Shown here: piece after piece, positions 57,322 to 64,000 of the stretch
How the letters are laid out: every line of letters starts with the position of its first letter
Numbering within the stretch: the stretch's first letter is position 1
Made by a program: the position numbers and the translations under genes
Notes under the pieces: model-generated
Databases searched by the model: none
The model's input: the letters and a program-made list of their open reading frames with translations, nothing else
What the model was told of the DNA's origin: nothing
From: Octopus vulgaris
Lineage: Eukaryota
DNA length: 64,000 nt
NCBI GenBank assembly: GCA_951406725.2
Contig: OX597820.1
Coordinates: forward strand, 69,564,001-69,628,000
Reading direction: 5' to 3'

Positions 57322-57829
57322 TATATCTGTCTATATGTATGTGAGTATGTGTGTGTGTGAGTGTGAAAAGAAAGAGAGAGTAATATATACATTAGCATAT
57401 GCATGTGTGTTTTGCGATTTTCCATTTGCATATGTGTGTGTGTGTATTTCATCAGATAGACATAAACCAGTGTATTTTATTACTAAGCATTATAGAAGAT
57501 TATTCATACTTCCGTTTGCAAAATAGTATGGAAGTTCAAAACTAGGAATGCCTTTCGGTCGAATATCTCGCGCCTTCCCACACACATGATGATAAACCGT
57601 CACTGAATCCTACGCGTCCATAGTTTTGTGATGACGATAATTCATTATGGTTAATGTGGGCTTCATGTTATGCGTTTGTTTTGACTGAGAATTTGGCCTG
57701 AGTAAAAGGGAAACCATTCATTGCATAAGTCTCCGAGTATGGTGAGAATCAGCTATTTTATTAACTAACTCTAATGCATGCACTGTGTACACTCGTTGTC
57801 CTTATTCCTATAGGTTGAAGTTTTACGTT

Positions 57830-57990
57830 CCTAACAGCCGACAGCTGATGAAGGGTCGTTCTTTATGTTACTTGTCTTGTTTTCCATTTGTTTCATTCGT
57901 TGTTCGCAAAAAAGTTCGTATTCCATGTTTTCGTATTTCGTATTTCATGCTGTTTACGTTTTATGACATCCTGTACCCATATATGCATAT
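57830..57990 (+). mobile_element. Paralog of 19385-19580 (probable Penelope pseudo-LTR end)
   Basis: AACAGCCGACAGCTGATGAAGGG...TCGTTGTTCG.AAAAAAGTTCG...TCCTGTACCCATATATGCAT. Confidence 0.55.
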
Positions 57991-58073
57991 GTATATACAT
58001 ATATATGTAAGTTTGTACATATATGTATGTATATATGCATATGTATATTATTTATATTATATACATATGTATA

Positions 58074-58137
<64 letters not shown>

Positions 58138-58302
58138 TATATTTATATGTATAAATCTTTTAAATTTGTTTATGGGAGATATTTAAAATATGCTAATAAG
58201 GCTCCTATTCCATTAAGCTGGCCTCCGTCGAATGATGCTGACTAGTAAACGAGATTTTCAGGGTTGCACCAAGTTGTGCCAATCAAGTTGTAGGAGAAAT
58301 AC

Positions 58303-58364
<62 letters not shown>

Positions 58365-58372
58365 TGATGATG

Positions 58373-58433
<61 letters not shown>

Positions 58434-58435
58434 TG

Positions 58436-58497
<62 letters not shown>
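58303..58497. repeat. (AAT)n trinucleotide repeat with GAT interruptions
   Basis: Direct tandem repeat; source of poly-I/L/Y ORFs. Confidence 0.97.
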
Positions 58498-58498
<1 letters not shown>

Positions 58499-58852
58499 GC
58501 AAGAGCACTCAGAGTGTGCAAACCTCCGGCAACGTCCTCTCAACGATTAGCAAGAGATGGTTTTTAAAATGAGAATACCTGAAATAAACTCGACTGCTCT
58601 CACAAATGAGAATACTAAAAATGAACCCGACTATTGTCAAAAATTATGTTTAAAAAAGAACGGAAAAATAATCCAGAATCTTTCTCCGGTACCGGATCGA
58701 TCTCGAAATCTGATCAGTTTGTGCCAGTCACAACGCCATAGATACCTGAACGTTTCATCCGTGTCTTTCCAGCGATTCTTGAGATATCTTGTCCACGGAC
58801 AAACAAACGCGGCTGAAACAATACCTCCGCCTTCGCGCATAGCGATGGTATT
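58498..58852. mobile_element. Helentron-associated non-autonomous element (HINE/DINE-1-like)
   Basis: A(G)CAAGAG start; ACCTCCG subterminal repeat at both ends; terminal hairpin AATACC..CGC....GCG.TGGTATT; sits beside (AAT)n. Confidence 0.6.
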
Positions 58853-58944
58853 AAATGTTTATAAATCCCATCCAAGTATTATTTTTGTTTCTTTTGTTAT
58901 TATTACACATACATAAATACATACATACATACATACATAAATAC

Positions 58945-59498
58945 ATGGTGGCTACCCCCACGTTATCGAGTATGGCCATTGCACGAAGCTTAATCAATGT
59001 TGTTATCGTGCAATGCCTGTGCCAAAAGATATTTTTTAAAGTAAGGAAAGGCTGTGCACTGAGTCAATCCCACTCACTAAGCAACAGCAGCCATAATCCG
59101 AAAAGGAGAACAAGTCAACATCATCGGTAACCACTGAGCCGCAGGTTTTATGTCGGAGTTATCCCAGTTACCTGAGTTATCTTCTCCTAGAAGGATGCCC
59201 TAACAAAGGCTAGGAGTCCTTCACTCCCAATGGTTTAATCGCGCGATCGGGTATTTAGTCCGATTCTTTCTATGTCTCGCACATGATACAGCCTTAAAAC
59301 AGTTATTGGATGGCCGTTGACTCTCAAGATTTCCTCCGCCCTATGACGGGTTTTGTTTTTCATCCCGCAGGGTGTCCAATAAACACCCTCCTCACCAAGC
59401 AAGCTTGGTGGGGTTGCCGGTTTAGTCGCCGACGACCCGACCATGCAGCAGGTTGTACTGGGTTACATGTTACCAGTAGCACTCGAAAGTGACCTGAC
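58945..59498 (-). mobile_element. Non-coding GC-richer repeat resembling an RTE 5' UTR-derived element
   Basis: rc contains GGGCATCCTTCTAGGAGAAGATAACTC (RTE 5' UTR-like) and several hairpins; flanked by (CATA)n. Confidence 0.45.
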
Positions 59499-59519
59499 AT
59501 AAACATAAATACATAGACT

Positions 59520-59566
<47 letters not shown>

Positions 59567-59612
59567 TCACACACACGCACACACACACACACACATACAC
59601 ACACACACACAT

Positions 59613-59690
<78 letters not shown>

Positions 59691-59693
<3 letters not shown>

Positions 59694-59912
59694 CGAGGGT
59701 TCCAGAGGATTCGATCAACGGAACAGCCTGCTCAGTCCTCACCGTAATAGTGAATGTGACAAGGCTGAACCTTTGAAATACGGGTACTGCTCGTTCATAT
59801 CAGATGAGTGTGCTGGATAACCTGCAATAAAGTGCCTTGCTCAAGGGCACAACTTGTCGCCGGGAATCGAACACACAAAGTCAGGATCGTGAGCCGAATA
59901 CTGCAACCATTA
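59691..59912 (-). mobile_element. tRNA-headed SINE, further family (internally deleted)
   Basis: rc head with B-box GTTCGATTCCCGG and TGTGCCCTTGAGCAAGGCACTTT; tail CAGGCTGTTCCGTTGATCG..GGAACCCTCGTCG. Confidence 0.65.
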
Positions 59913-60838
59913 CACAACACACACATACACACACACACATATATATCTTTACGTATACACGTAAATATACCGACAATAATGTGTGTGTGAGTGTGTGAGT
60001 GTGTGTGTCAAATACACCTATGTTAACTACCATAGAACACACATCTAGCATACAGGTATGTTAAATGCCATAGAACTAAATCCTTTCTTTATTAACATGA
60101 TTTCTACGTCTAAATGATGTTATGATAACTAAGTAACAATTAAGACTAGAAGGGAAGGTAATCTAAACAAAATCAGAAAGTCTCCAGATGTGACATGCCA
60201 TTAATCGAAATAGTTGGTTTACTGTCTTGAACCCGTATTTCTACAACTATACGCGTCATCGACACAACACACGGCCTAAACTATCTCCAGAAACCAAAGT
60301 GTGTTAGACATATAGAAAAGAGAGTAGAGGATATTGATCGCCAAGTTGTACACGCAGACAGAGAGACACGCACACACACAAACACACGCATTCACCACCA
60401 CATACACACACTCACATACACACACACACATACACACACACATACACCAAACATATATTGTGGATTATCCATTTCATTAGACGCTACAGATTCAGTTGTT
60501 TGGCCTACTGGATTACTACTCGGGCAATTAGCTTTTCATGGGTAGGGTATTTCACCGGCATGCGTACCAACGACGTTCAATCTTAAGCAAAATAATTTTA
60601 CAAGACTGTGCTTTGGATTAGTAGGAAAAGAAACACATGAGTGAGAGGCAGAGTGAGATTCATCTCACCCTCACCCTCAGTGCTGGTACTTTAACCAAAG
60701 CCGAAATGATGACTGACAAAGTTTACAGCCTCATAATTTGAATAACATGTGCAGCGAGCTGGAATACGTATCTCCAAGATGCGTATATATATACATGTTT
60801 TTTGTGTGCGTGTCTATGTATGTGTATGTGTGTGTATA

Positions 60839-61715
60839 CAGGGTGTGATGGAGAAACTGTCGCCATTTTATATTTTTAATTTCGCGCATGCACAGTGTTT
60901 ATTTTTAGTTATTTTGTCGACTGCACAGTACAATAGGGTGAGTTGGGCACCGTCTGTGAGAAAAACAGCACCATGATGCACTTCACTCTGCTTGAAATTT
61001 GGAGACAACATGCTGTACTGTTCAGCACTCGCACCGGAAGCTCCATTACGAACATTTCAGAGTGTTTGGGCGTCAACACAAAACAGCCGTTGACTTGCCG
61101 TGTTCCCAGATTGATAAAAATCAAACATCCAGCGAACGTCATGGTGTTTGGAGTGATCACTAATGATGGTGACGTTATGCCTCCATTCATCTTCCCACAC
61201 AGTCTCAGACTCAATACAGAAAGGCCTTCTTCAAGTGCCTGGAGGATGTAGTGCTGCCTTGGATCAAGATGGTGGCTGCTGCAAGACACTATATCTGGTA
61301 ACAAGACTATGCACCATGCCACACAAGCGGGAGAACCCTGTCGTGGCTGTCAGACAATTTCTGCGACCACATCACCCCTAACTCTCCCTATACTGCAACC
61401 CCCTTGATTATTGTGTGTGGGTGCGGTTGAGCGAGAAACCAAGAAAACTCCTTGTAACACCAAAGATGAACTCAAGGCAAGAATTATGTTAGCATTCACC
61501 AACTTAAACAAGGATAACGTCAGAATAGTTGCAGGAGATTCCGAGGTTGTCTGGAGACCGTGGTTGAAGCCAATTGTGATTTTATTGAATATATTTACTC
61601 TTTAGTATTTCAAGATATTTCTATGCAATTTTGGTAAATATATCTGTTAAAATGATGTGTCAGTGTTATTTTCATTTTTATGTAATTTAGACGACAATTT
61701 ATTCACCGCACCCTG
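60839..61715 (+). mobile_element. Internally deleted Tc1/mariner element, maT (DD37D)-like
   Basis: TIRs CAGGGTGTGATGGAGAAACTGTCG and rc CAGGGTGCGGTGAATAAATTGTCG; TA at both ends; KHPANVMVFGVI, W*QDYAPCH, NSP..CNPLDY motifs. Confidence 0.88.
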
Positions 61716-62030
61716 TATAAAACAGCATACCTATATCTAAATGGCAATCAAAGTTCAATATGGCTTCAAATCTGATTTCAACATATTGTGCGATGCGAGG
61801 AAATGTGGATACTTTTTCGTTTCCATAAAATATCGCTAATACACGAGCATATTCACATGAATATATATATACAGAGAATCAGAAGCAAACTTACACACAG
61901 ACACACACACACGCCCACACGCAAACACATACAAACACACACACGCACACATATATATTTTCCAATATACATAAGTAGATACGTACATACATGGATACAT
62001 TACACACACATGCACATACAAACACACACA

Positions 62031-62072
<42 letters not shown>

Positions 62073-62082
62073 GAAAGAGAGC

Positions 62083-62130
<48 letters not shown>

Positions 62131-62579
62131 TGGATGTGTAAACAGAAAGATAGGCAAACAGAAATATACTGAGAAAGATTGAATTTCCTTGCACACAATA
62201 ATATTATCTAAAATCAAAGAGATGATTTAGTTTTTGCCTCTGAATTCTGAGAAATTCGCTAATCTATCTAACAACAACGTATGTGGCCTGTTTCTCACTG
62301 CCATTTATTTCATCTTTCCATTTCCTTAGACTTTTTCTTTGCTTATATATAAATTTCTCATTCGCCATATTTATTTATTTATGTATTTATTTATTTGTAT
62401 ATTCTACTAAATTTTTTGTCTACTTCCTTTCACTTTCATGTAATTCATTGGATGTAATCTAAATATTTCAACTATACATTCGCTTCCTTTTTGCAGTCAA
62501 ATTACCAACTCTTACTTGCTTCTGTATTTCCCTGTCTCTATTTCTTTCTCCTCTCCCTCTCTCTTCTCCTCTCTTTCTA

Positions 62580-62666
<87 letters not shown>

Positions 62667-62766
62667 ATATATATATATCAATCAATCTATCTATCTGTTT
62701 ATTTATTTATCTATTACCTATATATTTTTCTAACTATCTAGCTATCTTCCTACTTACAGTTATATA

Positions 62767-62797
<31 letters not shown>

Positions 62798-62897
62798 ACA
62801 TACATATATATATTTATCTATCTACCTATGTATTTCTTAGCTATCTAGCTATCTACCTACTTACAGAGTTATATATATGTATATGTATGCATGTATG

Positions 62898-62969
<72 letters not shown>

Positions 62970-63804
62970 CATATATAAACAGATACATACATTCATACAT
63001 ACATAGATATATGTACTTATGTATGTGTTTATGAACATATATATATGGAGAGAGAAAGAAAGAGATGGAGAGAGGGTTACTCAATGATAGTTAGATAAAT
63101 TGATATACATACACACAAACACACACATCAATACTTACATATATGCATACAAATATACTTACAAGCATACAAAGCACATCAGCACATGCGCATACAAGTG
63201 CACGTTCACTTTACTATGTAGTCATGTCTACGTTTCTTCGCCTTTCTTCTGTGCCAATGTCTTACGTACATTCTCCTAGATCCGCTCTCCCTCTTCCTTC
63301 ACTCTCAGTGTCACTGTAGCTATCTCTCTATCAATTTTCCTACATATTATAATTCTTCCTATCGTTCGCTTTCTCTCACTTCATTTCTCTCTTTGAGACA
63401 AATGTATATATACACAATAGGAAGCACATATATATAATCAACCATTAAAGACTTTTATTACAACTGTACGTTACATGCTTCTACCAGCTTTCGTTTTCTT
63501 TCCTTTTCTCTCCTACACGCGGTCTCTCTGTTTCCCCTCTGACTTTTCCCCTGTCTCTCAATGTATTGCTTTACCTTCTCCTCCCATTTAGCTTTGTTTC
63601 TTTTCATCTTTTTTACTTTAATAGGTGTTTCTTCCTGTATGAAGTAATGTCTGTCTTTTGATTTTTCTTCACACCAACATTATTCAGTCTTCTCTCAAAA
63701 TATTCCAATGTTCTTTCTCATACTTTTCCTTACTCTGTTATTTTTCTCTAAATCCTCCCAAGGTTCTTTTTCCTAATCTTACTTTTCTCTATTTCTATCA
63801 TTAC

Positions 63805-63993
<189 letters not shown>

Positions 63994-64000
63994 TTTCTCA

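Noticed and set aside
57835-57870. CTGATGAAGGG as a hammerhead (also 19535-19575, minus strand)
   Set aside because: No properly placed GAAA/stem III in either copy; at most a remnant

Overview
This is an AT-rich, microsatellite-saturated animal genomic segment. The SINE families and repeat content look like an Octopus (coleoid cephalopod) genome, but that is inferred from recalled repeat sequences and was not verified. No intact host protein-coding gene is recognisable, so the window is probably intergenic or part of a very large intron, and most ORFs in the track are translated (TA)n/(CA)n/(GATA)n repeats. DNA transposon content: a decayed mellifera-type mariner (5674-6955), an internally deleted maT/Tc1-mariner, a mariner MITE, a Helitron and a Helentron/HINE-like element. 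Retroelement content: RTE and CR1-like LINE remnants, R4/Dong-like RLE retrotransposon 3' ends sitting in (TATG)n, Penelope-like (GIY-YIG) remnants and many SINEs. The most notable signal is a set of sequence-unrelated short elements carrying minimal hammerhead-ribozyme cores (CTGANGA...GAAA plus a palindromic stem III). One is fully canonical (37282-37324). Three elements are long fold-back hairpins (arms about 140-185 bp) inserted at (TA)n/(TG)n tracts. A hammerhead-like motif also appears in the 3' UTR of the R4/Dong-like family. All calls come from manual reading; no searches were run.
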